Origin: Phycisphaerae bacterium
GTDB lineage: Bacteria; Planctomycetota; Phycisphaerae; UBA1845; JAFGLZ01
Direction of reading: 5' to 3'
Length of the DNA stretch: 64,000 bases
Assembly: GCA_016927755.1 (NCBI GenBank)
Contig: JAFGLZ010000262.1
Coordinates: forward strand, 3,383 to 67,382
The stretch's first letter is position 1, and each line of letters begins with the position of its first letter. Positions 1 through 9,187 of the stretch are shown in pieces. Under the pieces are notes generated by a model. That model made no database searches. It was not told the DNA's origin and saw only the letters and a program-made list of their open reading frames with translations. The position numbers and the translations under genes were made by a program.

Positions 1-1008
1 ACGGAGCAGCAGATGGCCGACACGCTGCATTTCACGCTGCCGCAGGAGCGTCTGCATCCGGCGTTCAACGCGCTGGATCTGGCGCTTGCCAGTCGCGGGA
101 AGGGGGCGTCCGGCGCGGACGGCGAGGGGTTCCGGCTGAACATCGCCAACGCGATTTGGGGTCAGAAGGACTACGCGTTTCTGGAGGCGTACCTGGACGT
201 GCTGGCCGTCGACTATGGGGCGGGCATGCACGTGGTCGACTTCGTGACGGCGCCGGAGCCGGCGAGGCTGACGATCAACAAGTGGGTGAGCGATCGGACG
301 GAGGGCAAGATCAAGGATCTGATTCCGCAGGGCGTGATCGACGCGATGACGCGGCTGGTGCTGACGAACGCGGTCTATTTCAATGCGGCGTGGAAGCATC
401 CGTTCGAGAAGTCGAACACCAAGGACGGGACGTTCAACTTGCTGGACGGGACGCCGGTGACGACATCGATGATGTGGCAGTTGGAGGACCATCGCTACGC
501 GGCGGGTGAGGGGTATCAGGCGGTGGAGCTGCGGTATGACGGCGATGAGCTGTCGATGGTGATCTTGCTTCCGGACGCTGGGAACTTCACGACGTTCGAG
601 GGGTCGCTGGACGGGCAGAAGCTCGCGACGATTCTGGCGGGTCTGAGTTTTCGGCCGGTCAATCTGACGCTGCCGAAGTTCACGTACGAGTCGGAGTTCT
701 CGCTTGGGCAGACGCTTTCGGCGATGGGCATGGTTGACGCGTTCACGGGCGCGGCGGATCTGTCGGGGATCGACGGGATCGTGGGGAGTCTGTTCATCCA
801 GGAGGTGATCCACAAGGCGTTCGTGGCGGTTGACGAGGCGGGCACGGAGGCGGCGGCGGCGACGGCGGTGATCGTGGGCCTGACCGCGGCGCCCGATCCG
901 ACGGGGGCGGTGGAGTTCAAGGTGGATCGGCCTTTCATTTTCCTCATTCGTGACATCGAGACGGGGGGGATCGTGTTCCTCGGACGGGTGATGAGTCTGG
1001 GGGCGTAG
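1..1008 (+). CDS. Serpin (serine protease inhibitor family), 5'-truncated by window edge; canonical inhibitory hinge
   Basis: Frame is open from base 1. Motifs: ANAIW, INKWVSDRTEGKIKDL, LTNAVYFNAAW, hinge DEAGTEAAAATAV and C-terminal FKVDRPFIFLIRD..GGIVFLGRV. Confidence 0.95.
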   Translation, partial: TEQQMADTLHFTLPQERLHPAFNALDLALASRGKGASGADGEGFRLNIANAIWGQKDYAFLEAYLDVLAVDYGAGMHVVDFVTAPEPARLTINKWVSDRTEGKIKDLIPQGVIDAMTRLVLTNAVYFNAAWKHPFEKSNTKDGTFNLLDGTPVTTSMMWQLEDHRYAAGEGYQAVELRYDGDELSMVILLPDAGNFTTFEGSLDGQKLATILAGLSFRPVNLTLPKFTYESEFSLGQTLSAMGMVDAFTGAADLSGIDGIVGSLFIQEVIHKAFVAVDEAGTEAAAATAVIVGLTAAPDPTGAVEFKVDRPFIFLIRDIETGGIVFLGRVMSLGA

Positions 1009-1108
1009 GTCGCGGTGGGGATTCGGGGGGAGGTTACGGGTCGGTGAGGTCGGCCCGTGATCCTTCCCGTTGTTGGCTCCGTCAGCGTGGGATAAGATTC
1101 CGCAACGC

Positions 1109-1181
1109 AAGGGGGTCAGGCACCTTCTTTCGTGCAGCTCGGCGTTGCCTCGCTCGCACCGAAAAAGGTGCCTGACCCCTT
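1109..1181. repeat. REP-like intergenic inverted repeat
   Basis: AAGGGGGTCAGGCACCTTCTTTCG (1109-1132) and CGAAAAAGGTGCCTGACCCCTT (1160-1181) are near-perfect reverse complements. Confidence 0.75.
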
Positions 1182-1239
1182 CCCCTTCCTCGCATCGAAG
1201 AAGTAACGTGCCGCCTTTTCAGCCTGGAGGTCCGTCGAG

Positions 1240-2724
1240 ATGGCGTATTTGAGCGAGCCGCTTCGGTTTCTCGATAGCGAGGAGATGCGGCGGATTCATG
1301 CGGGGGCGCTTCGGATCCTCGAAGAGACGGGGATGTGGATCGATCATGACGAGTCGTTGGAGATTCTGCGCTCGGCGGGATGTCGGGTCGACGGGGACGC
1401 GCGGCGGGTGACGTTTCCGGTTGAGGTGGTCGAGGCGGCGGTGGTGCGGATGCGGGAGGCGTATTCGCGCCCCGACCGCGTTCCGGCTCGGATGGCGGTT
1501 CGGTACAGCCACGTGCGTTTTCGGTCGGAGCCGTATCGGATTCACTCGGACTTCACTGTGTCGACGGGCGGGTTCTGCTGCTTCTTGGTGGATCTGGAGG
1601 GGCGGAGGCGTCGGGCGACGATCGATGACGTTCGGGCATCGCTACGTCTGGCGGACGCGCTTCCGAACATCGATCTGACGGGGCTTCCGGTTTCGGCGCA
1701 GGAGGTGCCGCATCACGAGCGGCCGGTGCGGATGGCGGCGGAGCTGGTGAAGACCACGCGGAAGCTGGGGGGGATCGAGACGTTTTGCGCGCACGACGCG
1801 GGGTACATCACGAAGATCGCGGAGGTGGCGGCGGGCGGGGCCGACGCGCTGCGGCGCGAGCCGATCCTGGTGGGGTACGGCGAGGCGCGTTCGCCGCTGT
1901 GTTTCGATCGGAACATGGCGGAGATCTTCGTGGCGTACGTTCGGGCGGGTTTGCCTCAGACGCTGGACACGATGGTGAACGGCGGGGCGACGGCGCCGAT
2001 GACGCCGGCGGCGTGTCTGGCGCTGGGCATGGCCGAGACGCTGAGCGCGGTGGTTCTGGCGCAGGCGATCGACGCCGAGGCCGTCGTCGGGGTGGACCTG
2101 ATTCCGTCGTTCATGGACATGTCGAGCGGGATCTTTCGGTACGCGGGTCCGGAGCGCTGGCCGCTGTTGGGCGCGCGGCTTCAGTTGCAGCAGGAGTTCT
2201 ACGGATGTCCGGCGGGCGTTCACGGCGGGAAGACGGACGCGTGCGTGCCGGGGGTTCAGGTGGGGATCGAGAAGGCGATGAGCATGATCATGCCGGTCCT
2301 GTGCGGGGCGGTCGGGGTCGGCACGGTCGGGCATCTCGAGAACGCGGTGACGTTTTCGCCGGTGCAGCTCGTGATCGACGACGCGATCGCGGCGTACGTT
2401 CGTCGGTCGGTGCAAGGGTTGGACGTGACGGACGAGACGCTGGCGCTCGAGTCGATTCGAGAGATCGGTCCGGGTGGCGAGTTTCTGACGCATCCGACGA
2501 CGGCGGAGTGGTGTCGCGAGTCGGCGATGATGCATTCGTTATTCGAGCGGGCGCCGTGGCAGACGATTCACAACGGGGAGCTGGTGGGGATGGAGGCGCG
2601 GGCGCGGGCGGAGGCGGAGCGGCTGATGGGGCGGGAGACGGAGCGTCCGCTGACGGCGGATCAGGAATCGGCGATCGACGAGATCGTTGAGGAGGGGTGT
2701 CGGACGCATCCGCTGCGCGGGTAG
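1240..2724 (+). CDS. Trimethylamine methyltransferase (MttB) superfamily protein, non-pyrrolysine type
   Basis: 494 aa. Motifs: IHAGALRILEETGM, SPLCFD, GATAPMTPAACLA, IREIGPGGEFLTHPTT. GGAGG RBS upstream; no in-frame amber codon. Confidence 0.88.
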   Translation: MAYLSEPLRFLDSEEMRRIHAGALRILEETGMWIDHDESLEILRSAGCRVDGDARRVTFPVEVVEAAVVRMREAYSRPDRVPARMAVRYSHVRFRSEPYRIHSDFTVSTGGFCCFLVDLEGRRRRATIDDVRASLRLADALPNIDLTGLPVSAQEVPHHERPVRMAAELVKTTRKLGGIETFCAHDAGYITKIAEVAAGGADALRREPILVGYGEARSPLCFDRNMAEIFVAYVRAGLPQTLDTMVNGGATAPMTPAACLALGMAETLSAVVLAQAIDAEAVVGVDLIPSFMDMSSGIFRYAGPERWPLLGARLQLQQEFYGCPAGVHGGKTDACVPGVQVGIEKAMSMIMPVLCGAVGVGTVGHLENAVTFSPVQLVIDDAIAAYVRRSVQGLDVTDETLALESIREIGPGGEFLTHPTTAEWCRESAMMHSLFERAPWQTIHNGELVGMEARARAEAERLMGRETERPLTADQESAIDEIVEEGCRTHPLRG

Positions 2725-2807
2725 ATAGTCTTGCGGGCGCCTGAGGGCGGAGTTCAGAGAGAGCGCCGCGTGGGTTCAACCGTTGGGGGGCGCCAATGGG
2801 GGGGGGT

Positions 2808-2890
2808 GAATTCGCGTTCCCCACCGCTGAAGCGATGGGGCACCCGCCACGTACGTCTTGCCTGTGGCTCATGGGCAAGATGCCCATGCT
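2808..2890. repeat. Two adjacent REP-like palindromes (CCCACCGCTGAAGCGATGGG family and CATGGGCAAGATGCCCATG family)
   Basis: First motif recurs at 25841-25866 and 41163-41188; second recurs at 35590-35610 and 38862-38884. Confidence 0.8.
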
Positions 2891-2993
2891 GCGGGGGTCG
2901 GGCAAGGTTGCGGATTTCCTCTATAATGAGCATTTACGGTCGTTGGCGAGCGGCCATCCGAGGGTGATACAACCGGGAATCGAAGGGAGAATC

Positions 2994-4373
2994 ATGAGGC
3001 GCGTATTCGCATCGTTGGTGCTGTCGTTGTGGGTTCTTCCCACGGTGTCCGCGCGACTTGCGTGGGCGGGGGAGCCTCTTCGTGTCGCGACGTTTCAGGC
3101 GGACGTGACGCCGCCGCTGGATAGTCCGCTGTGCAACGGGTACAAGCCGTGCGCGCAGCGTGTCGACCGGCCGTTGACGGCTCGGGGCGTGGTGCTGATG
3201 GTCGGGCCGTCGCCGATCGTGTTGTGCGCGGTGGACTGGGTGGTGATTTCGAACGGGGCGTATGACGCGTGGCGGGAGGCCCTGGCGAAGGCGGCGGGCA
3301 CGACGGTCGAGCGGGTAGTGGTGCATTGCGTGCATCCGCACGACGCGCCGGGCTGCGACTTTTCCGTCGAGGAGCTGCTGAAGGCGCACGGTCTGAGCGG
3401 CAAGATGTTCAACGTCGAGTTCGCGCGGGTGGCGATTGCCAGGACGGCCGAGGCGGTTCGCGCGTCGCTGGGCAAGGCGCAACCGGTGACGCACCTGGGC
3501 ATGGGGCAGGCGAAGGTCGAGAAGGTCGCCTCGAACCGTCGGATATTGGGGCCCGACGGGAAGGTCAAGTGCAATCGGATGAGTGCCTGCGGCGATGCGA
3601 AGATCCGGGCGGAGCCGGAGGGTCTGATCGATCGGCAGCTTCGCGCGCTGAGTTTCTGGAACGGCGACAGGCCGGTCGCGTACATGAGCTACTACGCTAC
3701 ACATCCGCAGTGCAACTACGGGCGGGGCGGGATCAGCTCGGAGGTGCCGGGCGTCGCGCGGGAGATTCGGGAGCGGGCGTTGCCGGGGGTGGCGCAGATC
3801 TACTTCACGGGGGCCGCGGGCAACGTGGCGATGGGCAAGTACAACGACGGGTCGGCGGGGAATCGTCAGATCCTTGGTCGGCGGCTCGCCGAGGGCATGG
3901 CGGCTGCGAGCGAGGCGACGAAGCGCGTGCCGATTACGGCGGCGGACGTGGAGTGGCGGGTCCGGCCTGTAGCGCTGCCTCTGCCGAAGCGGCTGGAGGA
4001 CGAGGCGGATCGGGCGCGTACGCTCGGGGACGCGAAGGCCAAGCAGTCGGATCGGGTGTTTGCGGCGCGGGATTTGGCGTACCTGCGTCGCGTGAAGGCG
4101 GGCCGGAAGCTCGACGTTAGCTGCTTGCGGCTGGGACCGGCGTATGTCCTGCACATGCCGGGGGAGCTGTGCATCGAGTATCAGCTTGCGGCGCAGAAGA
4201 TGCGTCCGGACGACATGGTGTGCATGGCGGCGTACGCGGATTTGAGCCCGGGGTACATCTGCCCGAAGATCGGCTACTCGCAGGGCGGGTATGAGGCGGG
4301 GCGGGTCTCGCGCGTTTCGCCCGAGGTGGAGGGGGTGCTCATGACGGCGATGCGCGAATTGCTGCGGGACTGA
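2994..4373 (+). CDS. Secreted neutral/alkaline ceramidase-like hydrolase
   Basis: Start moved to ATG 2994 (GAAGGGAG RBS, signal peptide MRRVFASLVLSLW..AWA). Motifs: DVTPP, CVHPHDAP, YATHP, HMPGEL..EYQL, GGYE. Confidence 0.7.
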   Translation: MRRVFASLVLSLWVLPTVSARLAWAGEPLRVATFQADVTPPLDSPLCNGYKPCAQRVDRPLTARGVVLMVGPSPIVLCAVDWVVISNGAYDAWREALAKAAGTTVERVVVHCVHPHDAPGCDFSVEELLKAHGLSGKMFNVEFARVAIARTAEAVRASLGKAQPVTHLGMGQAKVEKVASNRRILGPDGKVKCNRMSACGDAKIRAEPEGLIDRQLRALSFWNGDRPVAYMSYYATHPQCNYGRGGISSEVPGVAREIRERALPGVAQIYFTGAAGNVAMGKYNDGSAGNRQILGRRLAEGMAAASEATKRVPITAADVEWRVRPVALPLPKRLEDEADRARTLGDAKAKQSDRVFAARDLAYLRRVKAGRKLDVSCLRLGPAYVLHMPGELCIEYQLAAQKMRPDDMVCMAAYADLSPGYICPKIGYSQGGYEAGRVSRVSPEVEGVLMTAMRELLRD

Positions 4374-4391
4374 GACTGGAGGTGACTTCCG

Positions 4392-6224
4392 ATGTGCCGG
4401 ACGGTTCATGGACTATGGTTGCCGGCGGCCTTTGCCGTTTTCGTGGCGGCGCATGCGATTGCGGAGGATGCTCGGTGCGTCGTTCGGGGGGAGGACACGG
4501 GGGCGGCGCTGTTGAATCCTGGGATGGGGTGGGTCCTTCACTTTTACGACAACGTGCCGGCCAACTACGGGTCTCGGTTGGCTCCGTCGGACACGGTGGA
4601 CGAGTTTCCGGGGCTGACGGTGGTCTATCTTCGGATTCCGTGGTCGTACATCGAGCCCGAGGAGGGACGATTCAACTGGGCGGTGGTCGACGGGCCGGCG
4701 CAGCGATGGATCGCCAAGGGCAAGCAGGTGGCGTTTCGATTCTCGTGCAGCGAATCGTGGATGCGTTACGCGACGCCGGAGTGGGTCAAGCGTGCCGGGG
4801 CGAAGGGATACGACTTCCGGCCGGGGGAGGGGGTGGTGGAGGGCGGGCCGTTCTGGGAGCCGGCGTACGACGATCCGGTTTTTCTGGCCAAGCTCGAGAT
4901 CTTTTTGAAGGCGGCGGCGGCGCGGTACGACGGTAATCCGGAGGTTGCGTTCTTCGACGTGGGGTCGCTGGGGGTTTGGGGCGAGGGTCACACGTGGTCG
5001 AGCACGAAGCTGCATATCTCGACCGAGACGACCATCAAGCACATCGATCTGCACTGCAGATACTTCAAGCACACGCTGCTGGCGGCGAACGACGACTTCT
5101 CGTTCGGCGGGAGCGACTCGAAGTTTCCGGCGATGGCGGCGATCCGGCACGCGGTAGAGCGCGGGCTGACGCTGCGTGACGACAGCATTCTGGTTCAGGG
5201 CGGTAAGAGCGCGTACTTCCACGCGAAGATGGCGGAGGACTTCTGGCCGAACGTGCCGGTGATCCTGGAGAGCGAGCACTACGGGGGATCGAAGGCTCGG
5301 GGGAACTGGAAGGACGAGCAGTATCTTCAGGCCGTTGAGGACTATCACGCGAGCTACGTCTCGATTCACTGGTGGCCGAGGGAGTTCCTAGAGGCGTGTC
5401 GGGGCATCATCGATCGGATCAACCCGCGGCTGGGCTATCGTCTTCAGCTCGTGGAGGCGTCGTGGCCGGCGAAGGTCCGGGTGGAGGGGCGTTTCGGGCT
5501 GACGGCCAAGTGGCGTAATGCGGGCGTAGCGCCTTGTTATCCGGGCGGGTTCCCGGCCTTGACGCTCAAGGACGACAAGGGGGGCATCGCCGGCGTGTTC
5601 GTGGACGAGGGGTTTGACGTTCGCAAGCTGCCGGTGGGGGCGCCGGGCAAGGCGGAGGCGGTCGAGCAGAAGGCCGAGTTCATGCTGCCGTTCAATCTTG
5701 CGGCCGGGAGGTATGACGCGTATGTGTCGGTCGGGACGCGCACGGGGACGCCTCGGATCGCGCTGCCGCTGCCGGGCGACGACGGTCAGCGGCGGTACCG
5801 GGCAGGTACGTTGCGGGTGACGGGGGACTATGACGTTCGCGTGGGTGAGCTTCGGCGCGAGGGGGAGGCGTGGCTGCTGCCGCTGACGTGGACGGTTCAT
5901 CGGCCGTTGCCGGGCGGGGTTCGGCCGTTCTGCCACTTCGACTCGGGCGGGGCGATTGTGTTTCAGGGGGAGCCGAAGGCGGGGTTGGCGTGCACGGCGT
6001 TGGAGAAGGCGGGGGTCGTGGAGTTGGGCTGCGTCTTCAAGATTCCTGAGAGCGCTCGGGGCAAGAAGTACTCGGTGCGGGTGGGGTTGTTTGTTCCGAG
6101 CCGGCTCGGGCGGGCAGACGAGAGGATGATCCCCGGCGGGGGCGAGCCGGATCGACGGGTTTTGGTCGGGGATCTCGCTGTGGCGCAGGACGGGGGGGTC
6201 CGGTTTGGAGCGGCGGGGCGGTGA
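4392..6224 (+). CDS. Secreted putative glycoside hydrolase (DUF4832 / beta-galactosidase-like TIM barrel)
   Basis: Signal peptide. Motifs: LLNPGMGW, YLRIPWSYIEPEEGRFNW, GSLGVWGEGH, RLGYRL, WRNAGVAPCY. Confidence 0.7.
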   Translation: MCRTVHGLWLPAAFAVFVAAHAIAEDARCVVRGEDTGAALLNPGMGWVLHFYDNVPANYGSRLAPSDTVDEFPGLTVVYLRIPWSYIEPEEGRFNWAVVDGPAQRWIAKGKQVAFRFSCSESWMRYATPEWVKRAGAKGYDFRPGEGVVEGGPFWEPAYDDPVFLAKLEIFLKAAAARYDGNPEVAFFDVGSLGVWGEGHTWSSTKLHISTETTIKHIDLHCRYFKHTLLAANDDFSFGGSDSKFPAMAAIRHAVERGLTLRDDSILVQGGKSAYFHAKMAEDFWPNVPVILESEHYGGSKARGNWKDEQYLQAVEDYHASYVSIHWWPREFLEACRGIIDRINPRLGYRLQLVEASWPAKVRVEGRFGLTAKWRNAGVAPCYPGGFPALTLKDDKGGIAGVFVDEGFDVRKLPVGAPGKAEAVEQKAEFMLPFNLAAGRYDAYVSVGTRTGTPRIALPLPGDDGQRRYRAGTLRVTGDYDVRVGELRREGEAWLLPLTWTVHRPLPGGVRPFCHFDSGGAIVFQGEPKAGLACTALEKAGVVELGCVFKIPESARGKKYSVRVGLFVPSRLGRADERMIPGGGEPDRRVLVGDLAVAQDGGVRFGAAGR

Positions 6225-6293
6225 GCTATGACCGCGTAGTGGGTTGGGTTTGGAGTGGAGTTCCTGTGGGTTCCTCTATGTGAGTCCCAGAGC

Positions 6294-6385
6294 TTCAGCC
6301 GTCGCTACGCGACTGAGACATCTGGAGGCGGCTCGGTTCCCGGGACTGAAGTCCCGGGCTATTTTCACACGGTCCCTACGGGACC
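6294..6385. repeat. Composite REP-like element (CCCGGGACTGAAGTCCCGGG core with flanking small hairpins)
   Basis: Palindromes AGCCGTCGCTACGCGACT, CCCGGGAC-TGAA-GTCCCGGG (6339-6358) and GGTCCCTACGGGACC; a degenerate relative lies at about 22684-22782. Confidence 0.7.
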
Positions 6386-6609
6386 GAAGACGTTTGGACG
6401 CGTCTGATCCGCGGGACCGAAGACGTTTGGGCGCGTCTGATCCGCGGGACCGAAGACGTTTGGACGCGTCTGATCCGCGGGACCGAAGACGTTTGGACGC
6501 GTCTGATCCGCAGGACCGAAGACGTTTGGACGCGTCTGATCCGCGGGACCGAAGACGTTTGGACGCGTCTGATCCGCGGGACCGAAGACGTTTGGGCGCG
6601 TCTCATCTA
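6379..6609. repeat. Tandem repeat, 7 x 33 bp (CGGGACCGAAGACGTTTGGACGCGTCTGATCCG)
   Basis: Units start at 6379, 6412, 6445, 6478, 6511, 6544 and 6577. Only substitutions (unit 7 is degenerate at its 3' end); no unique spacers. Confidence 0.95.
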
Positions 6610-6794
6610 CGGGAGCGGGGACGTGCGGTTGGGCGAGTTGAATCGCTCGTAGGACTTGAATCGTCCACTTCCGCAGTTCGTGTTGGCTGATCTGACGATG
6701 ACCTTCTCGCTACTGTAGCCTGCAGGCGAGATCTTGGGGTTCACCCATCGCGAGATGCCAGAGGAGCGGAGAGGAGCAGGAATCGAGGTCGATA

Positions 6795-9173
6795 ATGGCA
6801 AGAGTGTTTTGGACGGTACTGGCGGTGGTGATGGTGGCCGGGCCGGTGGCGACGGCAGAGGAGTTGGTCGTCGACGATCGGGCGGGCACGGCGAGCGAGT
6901 GGGGCTTTCGGCCGGCGGACGAATCGACGTCGGCGACCACGCCGCCGTCATTCGTTTGGAAGCCTCAGAAGAGGGCGAGAAGCTACGCGCTCCAATGCGC
7001 TCGAGACCGAGGGTTCACGGGGATTGAGTACGAGGCCTCGGGGATCGATTTGAACTGTCATTGCCCGCCGAAGGCGTTGGCGGAGGGCCAGTGGTATTGG
7101 CGATTCCGCTTCGAGCGTGAGGACGGGAAGCGATCGCAGTGGAGCCAGATCCGGCATTTCGCCATTCCCAAGGACGCGGTGGAGTTGCCGATGCCGGCGC
7201 GCGAGGAGCTGATCGCGCGGATTCCGAAGGCGCACCCTCGTCTGTTCGTTCGCCCGGAGGAGATGGCGACGCTGCGCGAGCGGGCCAAGGCGGATCTGAG
7301 GCCTCATTACGAGGCGATGGTCAAGCAGTGCGAGCGATTGCTGAAGAAGCCGCCGTCGACGGAAGAACCTCCGAAGTATCCCAAGGGCACGGTCCGCAAG
7401 GGTGAGGAGTGGCGGAAGATCTGGTGGGGCAATCGAGAGCGGACGCGTGCGGTGCTGGAGAGCGCATCCATTCTCGGGTTCACGCGGCTGCTGGGGGGCA
7501 AGGAGGAATACGGTCAACTCGCCAAGCGGCTTCTGCTGGCGGCGGCTGCGTGGGATCCGCTGGGGGCGACCGATTATCGCTACAACGACGAGGCGGGGAT
7601 GCCCTACGCGTACTACTTCTCGCGGGCGTACACGTTCGTGAACGACCTGCTGAGCGAGGCGGAGAAGGCCAAGTGTCGCGAGGTCATGCGGATTCGCGGG
7701 AAGCGGATGTACGATCATCTCTGCCCGTCGCACCTGTGGCGGCCTTACGCGAGCCATAGCAATCGGGCGTGGCACTTCCTCGGGGAGGTGGGGATCGCGT
7801 TTCTGGGCGAGATCCCGGAGGCGGAGGCGTGGACGTGGTTCGCGGTGAACGTCTTCTTCAACGTTTATCCGGTGTGGTGCGACGACGACGGGGGTTGGCA
7901 CGAGGGCGTGAGCTACTGGCGCAGCTACGTCTTCCGGTTCACGTGGTGGGCGGACGTGATGCGGGCGGCGATGGGGATCGACGCGTACAAGAAGCCGTAC
8001 TTCTCAAAGGTGGGCTACTACCCGATGTACCTGCAGCCGCCGGGGACGGTGGGCGGGGGATTCGGAGACCTGTGCGGCACGAAGCGGGCCGAGCAGAACC
8101 GGCAGCTCATGACGGTCCTGGCGGCGCAGTCGGGCAACGGTTACTGGCAGTGGTACGTGGACGCGATCGGCGGGCGCGACAGCGCCGGCGGCTACGTGGG
8201 GTTCGTCCGCGGCGTCCTGCCGAAGGTGGCGCCGAAGCCGCCGACCGACTTGCCGACGAGCCGCTGCTTCCACGGGATCGGGCAGGCGATGCTCAACACG
8301 ACGCTATTCGGGGCGAAGGACAACGTCGAGGTGATCTTCAAGTCGAGCCCGTTCGGGTCGATCAGCCACGGATACGAATCGAGCAACGCGTTCCTGTTAT
8401 ATGCATACGGCGAGCGGCTGCTGGTCAGGACGGGGCAGCGCGACGTGCACGGCAGCAAGCACCACATGCAGTGGATGCACGACACGAAGAGCGTGAACTG
8501 CATCACGATCAACGATCGGAGCCAGACGAAGCACTCGTCGGGCTCGGCGGGGCGGATCACGCAGTTCCATACGTCGGATACGTTCGACCACGTATGCGGC
8601 GAGGCGGGGGGCGCGTACGGCGATCTGGCCGAGCGATTCACGCGACATATCCTGTTCGTGAAGCCCGAGCTCATCGTCATCTACGACCGGCTCGGCACGC
8701 CCGCGCCGGCGACGTTCCAGTGGCGACTTCACGCGATGAAGGAGATGGCGGTTCGCGGTCAGGGGGACATCCAGGTCCGCAGCGGCGGGGCGGCCTGTCG
8801 CGTTTCGTTCATGGCGCCGGAGGGTCTGCGCGTCTCGCAGACGGACAAGTTCGAGCCTCCGCCCCGCGAGCGGATCAAGCTGACGCAGTACCACGTGACG
8901 GCGGGGACGTTGGAGCCGGCGAAACGGTGCGAGTTCGTCACGCTGATCCGTCCGCACCGGGTCGGTCAGGCGCCGCCGACGGGCGCGACGATCGAGAAGA
9001 CGTCGTTTGGGTATCGATTGGCTTGCGAGCTCAGCGACGGGCGGGTCGTCATCGGCCTTCGATCGACCGACGGCGTGGAGATGGCGTTCGACGGGCTCCG
9101 GGCCGGGGGCGACGTGGCGGCGATTCGCGTCGACGCGGGGGGAGGCACGCGTGGCACGTTCGCTGGACAGTAG
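6795..9173 (+). CDS. Secreted heparinase II/III-family polysaccharide lyase with DUF4962-like domain
   Basis: Signal peptide. Motifs: HPRLF, SHSNR, DGGWHEGVSYW, FGD, FKSSPFGSISHG, N-x-ITIN, FTRHILFVKP, YDRL. Confidence 0.82.
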   Translation: MARVFWTVLAVVMVAGPVATAEELVVDDRAGTASEWGFRPADESTSATTPPSFVWKPQKRARSYALQCARDRGFTGIEYEASGIDLNCHCPPKALAEGQWYWRFRFEREDGKRSQWSQIRHFAIPKDAVELPMPAREELIARIPKAHPRLFVRPEEMATLRERAKADLRPHYEAMVKQCERLLKKPPSTEEPPKYPKGTVRKGEEWRKIWWGNRERTRAVLESASILGFTRLLGGKEEYGQLAKRLLLAAAAWDPLGATDYRYNDEAGMPYAYYFSRAYTFVNDLLSEAEKAKCREVMRIRGKRMYDHLCPSHLWRPYASHSNRAWHFLGEVGIAFLGEIPEAEAWTWFAVNVFFNVYPVWCDDDGGWHEGVSYWRSYVFRFTWWADVMRAAMGIDAYKKPYFSKVGYYPMYLQPPGTVGGGFGDLCGTKRAEQNRQLMTVLAAQSGNGYWQWYVDAIGGRDSAGGYVGFVRGVLPKVAPKPPTDLPTSRCFHGIGQAMLNTTLFGAKDNVEVIFKSSPFGSISHGYESSNAFLLYAYGERLLVRTGQRDVHGSKHHMQWMHDTKSVNCITINDRSQTKHSSGSAGRITQFHTSDTFDHVCGEAGGAYGDLAERFTRHILFVKPELIVIYDRLGTPAPATFQWRLHAMKEMAVRGQGDIQVRSGGAACRVSFMAPEGLRVSQTDKFEPPPRERIKLTQYHVTAGTLEPAKRCEFVTLIRPHRVGQAPPTGATIEKTSFGYRLACELSDGRVVIGLRSTDGVEMAFDGLRAGGDVAAIRVDAGGGTRGTFAGQ

Positions 9174-9187
9174 GGCGGACGGCGGGA

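Noticed and set aside
6379-6609. CRISPR array
   Set aside because: The 33-bp units are contiguous with no unique spacers, and no cas genes are in the window.
6244-6690. 148-aa ORF with RDRRRLDASDP repeats
   Set aside because: It is a translation of the REP element and tandem repeat, with a weak TTG start and no protein-like features.
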